Assembly (NCBI GenBank): GCA_938091905.1
Contig: CALKOM010000117.1
Span: 1-64,000, forward strand
Direction: 5' to 3'
Source: an uncultured Verrucomicrobiales bacterium
GTDB lineage: Bacteria > Verrucomicrobiota > Verrucomicrobiia > Verrucomicrobiales > DEV007
DNA length: 64,000 bases
Part shown: one piece after another, positions 1-10,131 of the stretch
How positions within the stretch are numbered: position 1 is the stretch's first letter
Layout: each line of letters begins with the position of its first letter
Program-made: the position numbers and the translations under genes
The notes under the pieces: generated by a model
Seen by the model: only the letters and a program-made list of their open reading frames with translations
Told to the model about the DNA's origin: nothing
The model's database searches: none

Positions 1-169
1 AACGTCTTTGCTAGAATGGGGCGGTGGACAAGATTGGAACTCCGCCGCGAGCGTAAAGCTTCTCACTTCGAATCGTTTCTAAACCTCTGGGCTATAAGCA
101 CTTGGGTGAAAATCTGAATTAATGGATTAGCCCTAGTCTGAGGAAGTGGTAGTCTCACCGCGAAGCGCT

Positions 170-1362
170 CGCCCGTCATTGCACCCAATAACAGCAGCTT
201 GTGGAGAAAGCTCGATGGCGGTTCATTGGAGAAAGTAGTCCACGCATTGGAGTCGGCAACCGTCTTTGCTGGGGCGGAGCATTTCTTCGCTCGCGCCGGA
301 GAACCTATGTTAGATGCTACAGAGAACGTTGCGTTTATCAGGCGACTGGCGGCCGACCAAATCCTTACTCAAACTTGACAGATCAAGTCATCTGGATGTC
401 AGAAAATAGTCCAGAAGAACTTTAGCTGATGACACGTGAAAACGACCGGGCATCCATTGATCCCGGTGGTAGTCTTATTGAATGGGTAGACGGTCCACCT
501 CTCTACGACAGGCATCATTATGCTCGTATTAGTTCAAATGGAGTTCTCAGTTTCACCGCCGATCTCAAGAGTTGACCACTGTCCACCTACAACGGCGAAA
601 CGGGAGCGTGCCAGATGGCACGCCCCTCGATCCAGACGACCGCTGACAACTTTCAGTAATTGTTACGGTATAGTGGCAAGCATGCCCCGGGCACGCCAAA
701 CGACTTTTCAGCTTTCGAAGCCGCAATGATTAATGACGCTGACATTGCTGCCTTCATTGCCTGGGTGACCGATCCGGACTCACTCACAAACTTGGGGCTG
801 TGGACGGGAACTCCCAATGCCCTTGAATTGCTCGCTGGCACGGGGGGGGAGTTCCTCTATCTAAGACGTCTCTGGGCTCGCAGGAAACCGAAGGGAGATC
901 TTGGCTGGTGGGCCGGCAAGGTCAAGGCAGGCAGCCCTGAATCACTCTTTGTCAAAAAGTCCGGCACACAATTCGGGCAAGAAGTTCGACTACTTTTACA
1001 ATCCGAAGATAAATGAGCGCGGTCAGTTGGCTTTTCGAGCCGTACTCAAGGATGCTTTGGACAGTGATCACCGTAACTGGACGGGGGGCGAGATGAGCCA
1101 CCTCCGTCTCGTCGCTCAAACCGGAACGATGGTAATAGGATCAGGCAGCATGGTCTTCACTTGTTTCGGATCACTGCGAATGAATATCTTCGGTCAGGTT
1201 GCCTTTGTCGCCGATGTGCTTGCGCCAGGATCGGACGTCGCCCCGGGTTCCACCTTGTGTGGAATTGGGGCGCTTGCAGCCAATGGAACGCTGACCAAGG
1301 TCGTTCTAGAAGGCGAGAGTGTCACGGTGAGCCCTGGAGAGACCAGGCTTCCCAGGTCTTAG
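170..1362 (+). pseudogene. Decayed NxxGxxAF tandem-repeat (beta-propeller-like) surface protein gene
   Basis: Repeat-like fragments lie in different frames: ISSNGVLSF, INDADIAAF..GLWTG, INERGQLAF, MNIFGQVAF. Stops (e.g. TAG 423-425) and frameshifts separate them. The left boundary is approximate. Confidence 0.65.
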
Positions 1363-1479
1363 TGTATCAACGAAGATTGAAGAGACCTCTGACATCAACG
1401 GCCGCGATGTCGCCGTCAACGCAAGAACGGCCCAACCGTTTCGGGTTGAGCCGCTCGAAGAGTGTCGATGTTAGACGGA

Positions 1480-2475
1480 CTAACTTTCCGCAAACTGCGC
1501 GTCGAAGACGATGTTCGATGCCGGGAAGTCGAGGCTCTTGACGAAAGCGCAAGACTCGGTGGCGCCGTGCTCCCGATCCATGCCGCCGTCTTCCCACTCA
1601 ACGGAGAGCGGACCGACATATTGGATGTCGTTGAGTGCGCGGATGATCTTCTCGAAGTCAATGTCACCACGTCCCACTGATTTAAAGTCCCAGAACCGAC
1701 GGCGGTCGTGGAAGTCAACATGACCACCGAAGACGCCGGCGTCGGTTGGCGTGTCCGACCAAGCCACGTCTTTCATGTGAACGTGATTGATGCGATCGGC
1801 AAAGCGGTAAATGAACTCGACGTAGTCGACGCCCTGATACCCAAAGTGGCTTGGGTCGTAGTTAAAGCCAAAGCACTCATGGCCGTCGAGAGCTTCAATG
1901 GCACGCTCTGCAGAAGCGATGTCGAAGGCGATCTCCGTTGGGTGCACTTCGAGACCGAACTTAATGCCGTTCTCCTTGAACGAGTCGAGAATGGGCGTCC
2001 AGCGCTTAGCGAAGTCTTCGAAGCCAGCTTCGATCTGACCAGGCATGACGGGAGGGAACGAGTAGATGAGGTGCCAGATGGAACTTCCGGTGAAGCCATT
2101 GACCACTTTCACGCCGAGATCTTTCGCCGCCTTGCCCGTCTTGATAAGTTCTTCAGCAGCACGCTGACGGACCCCTTCAGGCTCGCCGTCGCCGTAGATG
2201 TAGTCTGGGAGGATAGCTTTGTGACGCTCGTCGATGTTATCACAGACAGCCTGGCCCACAAGGTGGGTAGAAATCGAGAAGAGCTTCAGGCCAGCCGCTT
2301 CGACTTGCTCGCGCTTGGCTTTGCAATAGGCCGCGTCCGCCTTATCCACTTCGAAGTGGTCGCCCCAGCAGGCGAGTTCGACGCCATCGTAACCAAAGGC
2401 CTTGGCCTTTTCTAGCATCGTTTCAAGAGGAAGGTCGGCCCACTGGCCGGTGAATAGTGTTACAGGTCTAGCCAT
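1480..2475 (-). CDS. Sugar phosphate isomerase/epimerase (xylose-isomerase-like TIM barrel, IolE-like)
   Basis: Probable start [15 protein letters not shown] at 2475. Motifs GYDGVEL, GLEVHP, NYDPSH, HVHMKD and SVEWED. Confidence 0.88.
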   Translation of the reverse strand: MARPVTLFTGQWADLPLETMLEKAKAFGYDGVELACWGDHFEVDKADAAYCKAKREQVEAAGLKLFSISTHLVGQAVCDNIDERHKAILPDYIYGDGEPEGVRQRAAEELIKTGKAAKDLGVKVVNGFTGSSIWHLIYSFPPVMPGQIEAGFEDFAKRWTPILDSFKENGIKFGLEVHPTEIAFDIASAERAIEALDGHECFGFNYDPSHFGYQGVDYVEFIYRFADRINHVHMKDVAWSDTPTDAGVFGGHVDFHDRRRFWDFKSVGRGDIDFEKIIRALNDIQYVGPLSVEWEDGGMDREHGATESCAFVKSLDFPASNIVFDAQFAES

Positions 2476-2519
2476 GATAGTTTTTCGATTATTCGTTGGT
2501 TTGGGGAAAGTGTATTTAG

Positions 2520-3677
2520 TTAAACGCCGAGCGGAGTCCAAGCGGCACCTTGAGCTGAAGAATGGACCACTGCCTCGATGAAGGCCATGCCGCGGATGCC
2601 ATCGTCGATCTTCGGATAGTCCGTGACCTGATCGCAAGGTGTCTCGCCAGCCTCGACTGCGAGGATGTGTGAGGCAAAGTTTTTGTAAATGTTAGCAAAG
2701 GCTTCGAGGTAGCCCTCGGGGTGACCTGGAGGGGTGCGGCAAGCGTTAGTCGCATTGGCACTGAGGTAGCCTTGGCCAGCACGCCAGGTTTCGGCCGGGC
2801 CTTCAAGCCGAGTCACAGTGAGCGTGTTCGGCTCTACTTGGTGCCACTCGACGCCGCCTTTCTCTCCGTAGATGCGAATGCTGAGATTGTTCTCTACGCC
2901 AACAGAAATCTGAGAAGCGTGGAGGACGCCTTTGGCTCCATTCTCAAAACGAAGAAGGACGTTGCCATCATCGTCTAACAATCGACCATCAACGAAGGCG
3001 GTGAGGTCAGCGAGCAGCTCCTTTATCTTCAAGCCCGTGATATACTCTGCTAGGTTTTCAGCGTGGGTACCAATGTCGCCCATGCAACCGGCCGCACCGG
3101 AACGCTTCGGATCGGTTCGCCACTCGGCTTGCTTGGCGCCCTCAGCCTCTAACCGAGTCGCGAGCCAGCCTTGAGGGTATTCCACGACGATCTTACGAAT
3201 CTCGCCGAGATCGCCAGCAGCCACCATGTCCCGAGCCTGTTTGACCATAGGGTAGCCCGTGTAGTTATGCGTTAAACCGTAGAGCTTACCGGTTGCATCA
3301 ATGATGCCCTTGAGATCCTTCGACTGTTGAAGATCAAAACAAGCTGGTTTGTCAGAGAGCACGTGAAACCCCTTCTCCAAGGCCATCTTGGCAGGCGGAA
3401 AGTGCATGTGGTTTGGCGTGACGATCGAAATGAAATCGATGCGCTGATCTGCAGGAAGGGCAGCTTCCGCAATCAGCATGTCCTCAAATGTGCCGTAGCA
3501 GCGGTCATCGGCGATGAGCAGCTCTTTCCCCGAAGCCTTGGATTTCTCAGGCGTCGAGCTGAAGGCGCCCGCCACGAGATCGATCTTCTGATCGATGGCT
3601 GCAGCAATCCGGTGCACCGCACCGATGAAGGCCCCTTGACCGCCTCCAACCATTCCCATTCTGACTTTTCTACTCAT
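2520..3677 (-). CDS. Gfo/Idh/MocA family oxidoreductase
   Basis: Rossmann [24 protein letters not shown] and GCMGDIGTH. Confidence 0.92.
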   Translation of the reverse strand: MSRKVRMGMVGGGQGAFIGAVHRIAAAIDQKIDLVAGAFSSTPEKSKASGKELLIADDRCYGTFEDMLIAEAALPADQRIDFISIVTPNHMHFPPAKMALEKGFHVLSDKPACFDLQQSKDLKGIIDATGKLYGLTHNYTGYPMVKQARDMVAAGDLGEIRKIVVEYPQGWLATRLEAEGAKQAEWRTDPKRSGAAGCMGDIGTHAENLAEYITGLKIKELLADLTAFVDGRLLDDDGNVLLRFENGAKGVLHASQISVGVENNLSIRIYGEKGGVEWHQVEPNTLTVTRLEGPAETWRAGQGYLSANATNACRTPPGHPEGYLEAFANIYKNFASHILAVEAGETPCDQVTDYPKIDDGIRGMAFIEAVVHSSAQGAAWTPLGV

Positions 3678-3729
3678 AGGCCGCGAGAATCCAACGAAGA
3701 CCCTTCAAACGCAAGATTTATGTGGCTGT

Positions 3730-4148
3730 TCGTAGGTGGATCAGCCACCAAATGAGAAAGGCCAAGCGAACCGTCCAGATTCAGTCCGTCACGACCAGCT
3801 TACGATGAATTGCGGGGTGAAAGCCAAGGCTAAGTTTCCGGTGAAGCGGCACCTGTATCAGGCCTGTGGAGCCCAAAAAAGAGCAGAAATCTGACGACAG
3901 GCAGCGTGCGATCTCCAAGAGCCAGCAGACCGATGCCCGCAAGCGCTGCCTCAAAGAGCATGATTGGGACAACGAGAACGGCAAAGCGCCTCATGTATTG
4001 CTGGTGATAATCGTGCCAGCTCGATCCACCGTCTTCTGAAACTGCGGATAGATGATGATTTGCACCAACCAGACCAGGGCCACCATCGCCGTGGCCAGCA
4101 GAAGCTGTGAAAAAACAGAATCAGGACCGGTTCGCTCGAAGGATTCAT
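3730..4148 (-). pseudogene. Frameshifted conserved small membrane protein gene
   Basis: The ATG overlaps the upstream stop (ATGA 4145-4148). Coherent hydrophobic segments lie in successive frames: LVWLVQIIIYPQF / WHDYHQQYMRRFAVLVVPIMLFE / STGLIQVPLHRKL..KLVVTD*IWT. The 3' boundary is approximate. Confidence 0.6.
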
Positions 4149-7100
4149 TCCTCAGCAATCAATTCCACTCCCGAGAGGACCGGTGTCACGTCATTGGCCG
4201 ACTCCAAACCAATCTCCAATCGGTGCGGAATCGCCACCCCCGTGAACTCATGCATCAAACTATTTTCCGATTCAGACAGATGATCTGCAAGGTCGAAGCT
4301 CGTCAAAACGGGCTTGCCTTGCAAAGACACATTGAAAAGACGTTCACCGGCGGGCAGTTTGTCAGGATCGAAGAAATGCAAGCGCACGGTATAGCGTGGA
4401 GCCTCTTCAATAGGAATTTCTGCGTCGGCCGTCTCGTAATCCAAGATCAGTTTCGGAGCGTGCTCTTTCTTGCCATCAAAGGAAACGGCATTGCGATGAC
4501 CCGTCCCTGAAACCATGAAAGCAATCGAGTTTCCTGGTTTCCAGTCATCGCGATCAATGATCGGCTGAATCAAGGAAATGAGATTGGGGCTACGCTGTCG
4601 CTTTCGAGAGGCATCCTTCGTTGCCCAGGGCTCGGGTGACCAACGAACTTCACTGTCCGTGGTCTTTCGTGAGGTAATGTGCTTGGCCTCGCTTTTAAAC
4701 TGTGCTGCGTCCACGTTATCTTCGATCTTGAAGATGAACTCCGTAGGCTCCTTAGACGGATCCTTGGCAGTGAATTGAATGCGGGCCGATTTCAACATCT
4801 GCCCCCGCGGGATCTGCAACTGGCGGAAACGCATTCCAATCACCTGATCAAGCTTGTCGTCTTTGAAAAACTCAAGATCACTGGAATCCAACTTCACGTT
4901 GCCGTCCTGCGCCTCTTCCGCATCGTCTTCCTTGGCAGCCACGCGCACACGAGGCACTTTGCTTTCCACTTCGATAACCAGCTTAGGTGCTTTTTCAGGC
5001 TTGTCGTCGCTGGAACAAGCCACTCGCTTTCCTTCGCCCGTCACAAAGAAAGCCACGGCATTTCCGAATTGCCAGCCTTCTCGATTCACCACTTCCTGCA
5101 GGAGCGACGCAATATTTGCCGAGTGCTGATCGCCCCCCTTATCACCTGCCTTCTTCCAGGCTTTCGGCTTCCACTCGACCAGTTTTTCCGAACGAAGCCG
5201 ACTGGACAGGTTCTTCGACTCGCTGGTAAAGGGCGACGCATTGTCTGCCAGTTCCGCATGAAGATATAGCTTCGTTTCGACTGGTTTCTCACCTTCGTTA
5301 GGTTTGGCATCTGCCTCTTTCACCTCGAACTGGATATGGGCCTTGGTAATTTTATCACCTGGGAACACTTGGATATCTTCGAACCGCATCCCTATCGTTT
5401 GATCAATTTTGTCTTTGACCAGTTCCAGATCTCCACTGGTCAAACTCACAACACCATCCGAACCCTCTTCCGCATCATTCTCACTGCCGACCAGCGGAAA
5501 CACTAAGGTATCCTTCGTCTGTTTCGCTTTGAACTCCATCTTTGGCGTGATGGTGATCTTCTTGGCATTGTAGATTCCAGAAGCCGCCACCCAGCGCAAC
5601 GCACTCTCCGACTCCACTTGCGATGAGTGACGCCGGAAATAGGCCACTTTTTCATCCTCAATTGGTTCGACGTCCACTCTGACCAAGGGCGAGTCTCCAC
5701 CGACACTAGGTGATTCTAACCAAAGCGTACCCTCCGCAGAACGACGATCACCCGGGGCTCCGAAATTAATCCCAACGCGCTCGATATTCTCGTCAGTCGG
5801 CGAATCCGCACCGTAGCGATTGTAGGTCCACAGCTCAACATCCGGCATGTGCACCAACGCTAGCGAAGTCTGATTCTGGTAACCACAACTGCACGTCCGC
5901 GTGTAGTCCGGCGCGTTCAGCACCCCATTCGCCGGAATCAGCGTCGAGGAACAACCCGAGCGAAAGCCTCCGAAATTCCCCGTACCGCTCATGCTATCCA
6001 AATCGTAAAACCCTGCCGAACCTGAGCGAAACGTTAGAAGGTGCTCACCAGCGATCGGCGTGTTGCAACCATAGGCCCGCGTGATCCTCCACGGCTCCTC
6101 TCCCCCAGTCAGTGGATTCAACACCATGTAAGGCTTCCCATCCTTAATGTGAAATGCACCCGCAGAATCTTTATACTGGCCCGCAGCTGTAATGATCAGG
6201 TCATTGTGCAGAATGCAAGGCCCCTCATAAACCCGCTTCTTCTCTTCCCAAATCACGTCTCCGGACTTGGCATCATAAGCGATCATCCCCTCACCCACTT
6301 CATCTCCAGAGCGATCACGCGCCTTGGCACCCGCTTGGAGAAGAATGCCGTGCTCTTTCGAATAGGAAAGCCACGTTCCAAACACATCCTGCCGCTTTTC
6401 CCAGACAATCTTGCCGTCTTTCGCATCGACCGCAATAAGCCGATACTCCTCAGGCTTGGCCAACCCGCGCCGCTTCATCTTCTCTTCACGGCTCTTGGGT
6501 AACTTATCTAACAAATAGAAATAACCACCACCTTCAATGATCGCGTTATGGAGAAAGCTGAATTCTGCGTCGATCTGCCAACGGACCTCCCCAGTGAGAC
6601 GATCAAACGCCACTAGTCCCTGGGACGATGATAGATCTTCGATCGCAGGAACTTCATCCTGCTTCTTCCGCTTACGCTTTCGAGGCACCTCTCCATTTCT
6701 CTTCTTTGGCTTCGTCTTCTTCTCGTCCAGACCGTAGCGTGACGTGAACTTGGAGAAGTCGTTTCCAGCTAACAAGAGTTCGCCCGCCACACCGATATAG
6801 GCCCAAGACGGGGCCTCCTTCTCGTCCGGCTTCCTGGGCAGCTCAATGATCTGCACATCCTGCCCCGTGGCCGCGTCGAGCACATGACAGGCACTTCCAA
6901 TTGCTATATAAACGAAGTCTTCAGTCGCGACATAGTTCGTCCCTCGCGCATTGGCACCCGGAATATGGACCTGATTGTAGGCAGGATTCAGCGGGTCATC
7001 TTTGTAAGTCTTGTCATAGTAGATGCCGTAGGTGCCAAGATTATCGAAGTCGCGCTTCCAAAGCACACGCCCGGTATAGACATCTCTAGCACTGATTCGA

Positions 7101-9478
7101 TTCATTCCCTCAATGATCGTGCGACCACCGACCACTTGTTCACGAGGACCGTGTCCATGACGCGGGAGAACATCCGTGTTAGGGCTCCCACCAAACCAAA
7201 GAACCCCCAAAGGCAGCTTCACGCGTTTGTCGTCAGACTTTACCGTGTTCCCCATGTCACCATAAAGGTGTGTCCAATCAGCCGAATCCGGAAGTGCTCC
7301 TTGACGAAACACTAACGTGCTGCCTGCTGGCCCAGCGGAGATCTCAGCTTGAGGCAAATTCAACGACGCGATGCGCTCGGCGAGAGCCGGATTCTTGGCA
7401 AACCACAGCGCGCCGCCATAAGGACGCACCGACTCATAAACCGCGTTGATCACGAGAGGATCAGTCAATTTGTTGGCAAAGTCGTTTCCCAGCGCAATGA
7501 GGTTGGCTAAATAAGGCGGAGCCTCCATTCCCAAAGGATCTCCCGCGTGCAAAACAACCCGCTCCCCATAAAGCCTTTGATAGTCAAACTTCTCACGCAA
7601 ACCCGCAACCGCTTCAGGCTGTCCGTCTATGGCCACCACATGAAGCTCGGATTCCTCCACAAACGCTTCCAGCATCCGACCGTCGTCGACTCCATACATC
7701 ATCGCATACCCCTCCTGCACATCCGCGATGGCGAGCACCTGTCGTGCCAGCTTATTGTCTGCCGACGTCGAGAATGGCCACTTCTTGCTGCTATAAACCG
7801 CTGCAGGCGGCTTCAATGGATTATCTGTCGTCTCCTCCCCAAACGCCAGGATCCGCCCGTCGAGCGTCACCGCAAACAGTTTGCCATTCGCAGCTAACAA
7901 ACGCATCACCTCACCATCAACGGTGGTGCTCCATGTGCGTTCGGCATCGTAATCATCACCTGGGAGATCCACGGCGACGATCTTTCCATCACCCGCCGCA
8001 TAGAGACGGTCCCCTGCCTTGATCAAATCGCCTTCTCCATCCGCCTCAAATTCCCACTGCAGTTCATGCTTCGCATTGTAAGCCTGGAGAACCCTGACAT
8101 CATTTCCTTTAATCTCCCACTTTTCTAGCAAATGTGCGTGAGCCTCTGACTTCTTAGCCAACTCAACCGACCTCTTATCAACAGCTTCTAAGAATTTCTT
8201 ATCGATGGGTTTGGCACGTGCCTTGTAGGCATCATCCAATTTCTGAGCAGCCTCCTTCTTGGCCTTCTCCGCGACTGCAAGCAGCTTCCCAAGCTCGTCG
8301 CGCTTCGTCTCATCCTTGAGCTCATCGACCGCCTTCTTAGCAGCGACCACTTTCTCTTTGGCTTCATCTAGGGCTTCGATCTCTTTCTCTGGCAGGCTCG
8401 CTTTCTTTTCCACCTCAGCAGCTAATTGCTTGCTCGCCTTGTTTGAAGCTGCAAGAGCGTCCTTGGCGGCTTTCTCTGCCGCGTCCAGTTTCGTTTTCAA
8501 ATCCGGCTGGTGCGCTGCCGTGTAGAGAAGATCCCCATCCAACACAGGCTCATTGCAAACAAAGCCCGTCTTCTTCCCAGACTGCGTATCATAGGCGCGA
8601 ACGCCACGCTCCCGCGTGTGCACATAGAAATGACTCTTCTTTCCAATGACAAACGATCCTCCATTTGCCTTACCGCCTGCGTCGAGATTGAAATGAACGA
8701 GGCCTCCTGTTTTGCGATTGAAGGCAGCCGGCACACTTCGCCCGCCCGGCACTAACAAATAGTCTTCTAGAGCAACAAGTGCCCCCTGAGGAGCCACCCC
8801 TGCGAAGGAAGGCGCGGAGTGGGGCTGTTTGATATACTGTGAACCCGAGCCATCATTCACCCACTCGACCACTCCCGTCTCCGCATCCAGCGCATATATG
8901 AAGGTTCCCATAAACGGCCAGATACTCGCCGAGAAGTAGAGCTTTCCATCACGGATCACGGGACCGCCACGAGCAGGCCAGGCCGAAATGACCCGTCGAT
9001 TGCCGAGCGATTTGCGAGGGCTTGGAGCGCCGCGAAACTTCCAAATCAACTTACCCGTCTCTGCCTCGACGCAATAGAGGTAGCCATCGTCACTACAGAA
9101 AAAAAGCTTCTCCTCCCAAGCCACCGGCGAAAACCTCGCGGGGCCGTCTGTATAATAGGACCACCGTTCGATCCCCGTATCGATATCGTAGGCAACGACC
9201 TTGTCGGTATCACCAAAACTAACAAACATCAACTTTCCTGCCACAACGGGTTCAAGCAAACGATCATACGTCATCAAGTCGTGATTCAGAGGATCATCCC
9301 ACACCCGCTCCCGCTTTGGGAACGTTAGGATCCACTGGAGATTTAGACTTTTAGGTAAGACCTCGGCACTGCTTGCCGTACGCCCCGCATCCCCTCGCCA
9401 TGTCGGCCAATCCTCCGCTAGGGTGACGTTGGTGCACGCAAGGAGTGCCGTTAGAAAGAGTATTCGCATATAATTCAA
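4145..9478 (-). CDS. Large secreted PQQ-binding-like beta-propeller protein with C-terminal malectin-like region and two tandem inserted domains
   Basis: 1777 aa with signal peptide. DWPTWRGD start, repeated xDxxTGxxxW blades, second propeller from WTHLYGD, C-terminal YTVRLHF..RLFNVSLQG. Confidence 0.85.
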   Translation of the reverse strand: MNYMRILFLTALLACTNVTLAEDWPTWRGDAGRTASSAEVLPKSLNLQWILTFPKRERVWDDPLNHDLMTYDRLLEPVVAGKLMFVSFGDTDKVVAYDIDTGIERWSYYTDGPARFSPVAWEEKLFFCSDDGYLYCVEAETGKLIWKFRGAPSPRKSLGNRRVISAWPARGGPVIRDGKLYFSASIWPFMGTFIYALDAETGVVEWVNDGSGSQYIKQPHSAPSFAGVAPQGALVALEDYLLVPGGRSVPAAFNRKTGGLVHFNLDAGGKANGGSFVIGKKSHFYVHTRERGVRAYDTQSGKKTGFVCNEPVLDGDLLYTAAHQPDLKTKLDAAEKAAKDALAASNKASKQLAAEVEKKASLPEKEIEALDEAKEKVVAAKKAVDELKDETKRDELGKLLAVAEKAKKEAAQKLDDAYKARAKPIDKKFLEAVDKRSVELAKKSEAHAHLLEKWEIKGNDVRVLQAYNAKHELQWEFEADGEGDLIKAGDRLYAAGDGKIVAVDLPGDDYDAERTWSTTVDGEVMRLLAANGKLFAVTLDGRILAFGEETTDNPLKPPAAVYSSKKWPFSTSADNKLARQVLAIADVQEGYAMMYGVDDGRMLEAFVEESELHVVAIDGQPEAVAGLREKFDYQRLYGERVVLHAGDPLGMEAPPYLANLIALGNDFANKLTDPLVINAVYESVRPYGGALWFAKNPALAERIASLNLPQAEISAGPAGSTLVFRQGALPDSADWTHLYGDMGNTVKSDDKRVKLPLGVLWFGGSPNTDVLPRHGHGPREQVVGGRTIIEGMNRISARDVYTGRVLWKRDFDNLGTYGIYYDKTYKDDPLNPAYNQVHIPGANARGTNYVATEDFVYIAIGSACHVLDAATGQDVQIIELPRKPDEKEAPSWAYIGVAGELLLAGNDFSKFTSRYGLDEKKTKPKKRNGEVPRKRKRKKQDEVPAIEDLSSSQGLVAFDRLTGEVRWQIDAEFSFLHNAIIEGGGYFYLLDKLPKSREEKMKRRGLAKPEEYRLIAVDAKDGKIVWEKRQDVFGTWLSYSKEHGILLQAGAKARDRSGDEVGEGMIAYDAKSGDVIWEEKKRVYEGPCILHNDLIITAAGQYKDSAGAFHIKDGKPYMVLNPLTGGEEPWRITRAYGCNTPIAGEHLLTFRSGSAGFYDLDSMSGTGNFGGFRSGCSSTLIPANGVLNAPDYTRTCSCGYQNQTSLALVHMPDVELWTYNRYGADSPTDENIERVGINFGAPGDRRSAEGTLWLESPSVGGDSPLVRVDVEPIEDEKVAYFRRHSSQVESESALRWVAASGIYNAKKITITPKMEFKAKQTKDTLVFPLVGSENDAEEGSDGVVSLTSGDLELVKDKIDQTIGMRFEDIQVFPGDKITKAHIQFEVKEADAKPNEGEKPVETKLYLHAELADNASPFTSESKNLSSRLRSEKLVEWKPKAWKKAGDKGGDQHSANIASLLQEVVNREGWQFGNAVAFFVTGEGKRVACSSDDKPEKAPKLVIEVESKVPRVRVAAKEDDAEEAQDGNVKLDSSDLEFFKDDKLDQVIGMRFRQLQIPRGQMLKSARIQFTAKDPSKEPTEFIFKIEDNVDAAQFKSEAKHITSRKTTDSEVRWSPEPWATKDASRKRQRSPNLISLIQPIIDRDDWKPGNSIAFMVSGTGHRNAVSFDGKKEHAPKLILDYETADAEIPIEEAPRYTVRLHFFDPDKLPAGERLFNVSLQGKPVLTSFDLADHLSESENSLMHEFTGVAIPHRLEIGLESANDVTPVLSGVELIAEE

Positions 9479-10125
9479 TCTTTTGAATGTCCCAAAGTGA
9501 TGATTTCGTCGGCAACGGCACTAGCGTCTGAGGCGTGCGTCACCATAAGAACCGCGCCACCTTGATCCGCAAAAGCAATGAGCTGCTTCAGCACAATATC
9601 GGCATTCTCTGGATCAAGATTGCCCGTCGGCTCATCAGCGAGAAGCACCTTCGGTTTGTTGTAAAGTGCCCGCGCCATCGCCGCGCGTTGCCGCTCTCCA
9701 GTGCTCAGGGCAGATGGTGTATGATGCGCGCGAGGCGTCAGGCCAAACTGTTCAACCAAGGCTTCGGCACGCTTCCGGTCTTTCCTGCCGGACGCTAAAC
9801 TTGGTGCCAAGACATTGTCTAGCACATCAAGGTAAGGGACTAAATGAAACTGCTGAAAAACAAAGCCGATCCTACTTGCCCGAAAAGCGGCTCGTTCATC
9901 GAGAGCCAGCTTATAAGGCTCCACGCCAGCGATTTCAAGGTCGCCTGAAGTTGGCCGAAGTAACCCCCCGGCGATAAGAAGCAAGGTTGATTTCCCACAA
10001 CCACTGGGCCCCTTCAGAGCGACAAACTTCCCCTCAGCCACAGACAGATTCACGTTCTCAACAGCAACCACATCACCACCTTCAGGCGATGAGTAGCGAT
10101 GGGTAATTTTTTCTAACCGAATCAT
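9475..10125 (-). CDS. ABC transporter ATP-binding protein (LolD/MacB-like)
   Basis: Walker A GPSGCGKST, GFVFQQFHL, LSTGERQR, LLADEPTGNLD and MVTH. Confidence 0.93.
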   Translation of the reverse strand: MIRLEKITHRYSSPEGGDVVAVENVNLSVAEGKFVALKGPSGCGKSTLLLIAGGLLRPTSGDLEIAGVEPYKLALDERAAFRASRIGFVFQQFHLVPYLDVLDNVLAPSLASGRKDRKRAEALVEQFGLTPRAHHTPSALSTGERQRAAMARALYNKPKVLLADEPTGNLDPENADIVLKQLIAFADQGGAVLMVTHASDASAVADEIITLGHSKD

Positions 10126-10131
10126 ACGACG

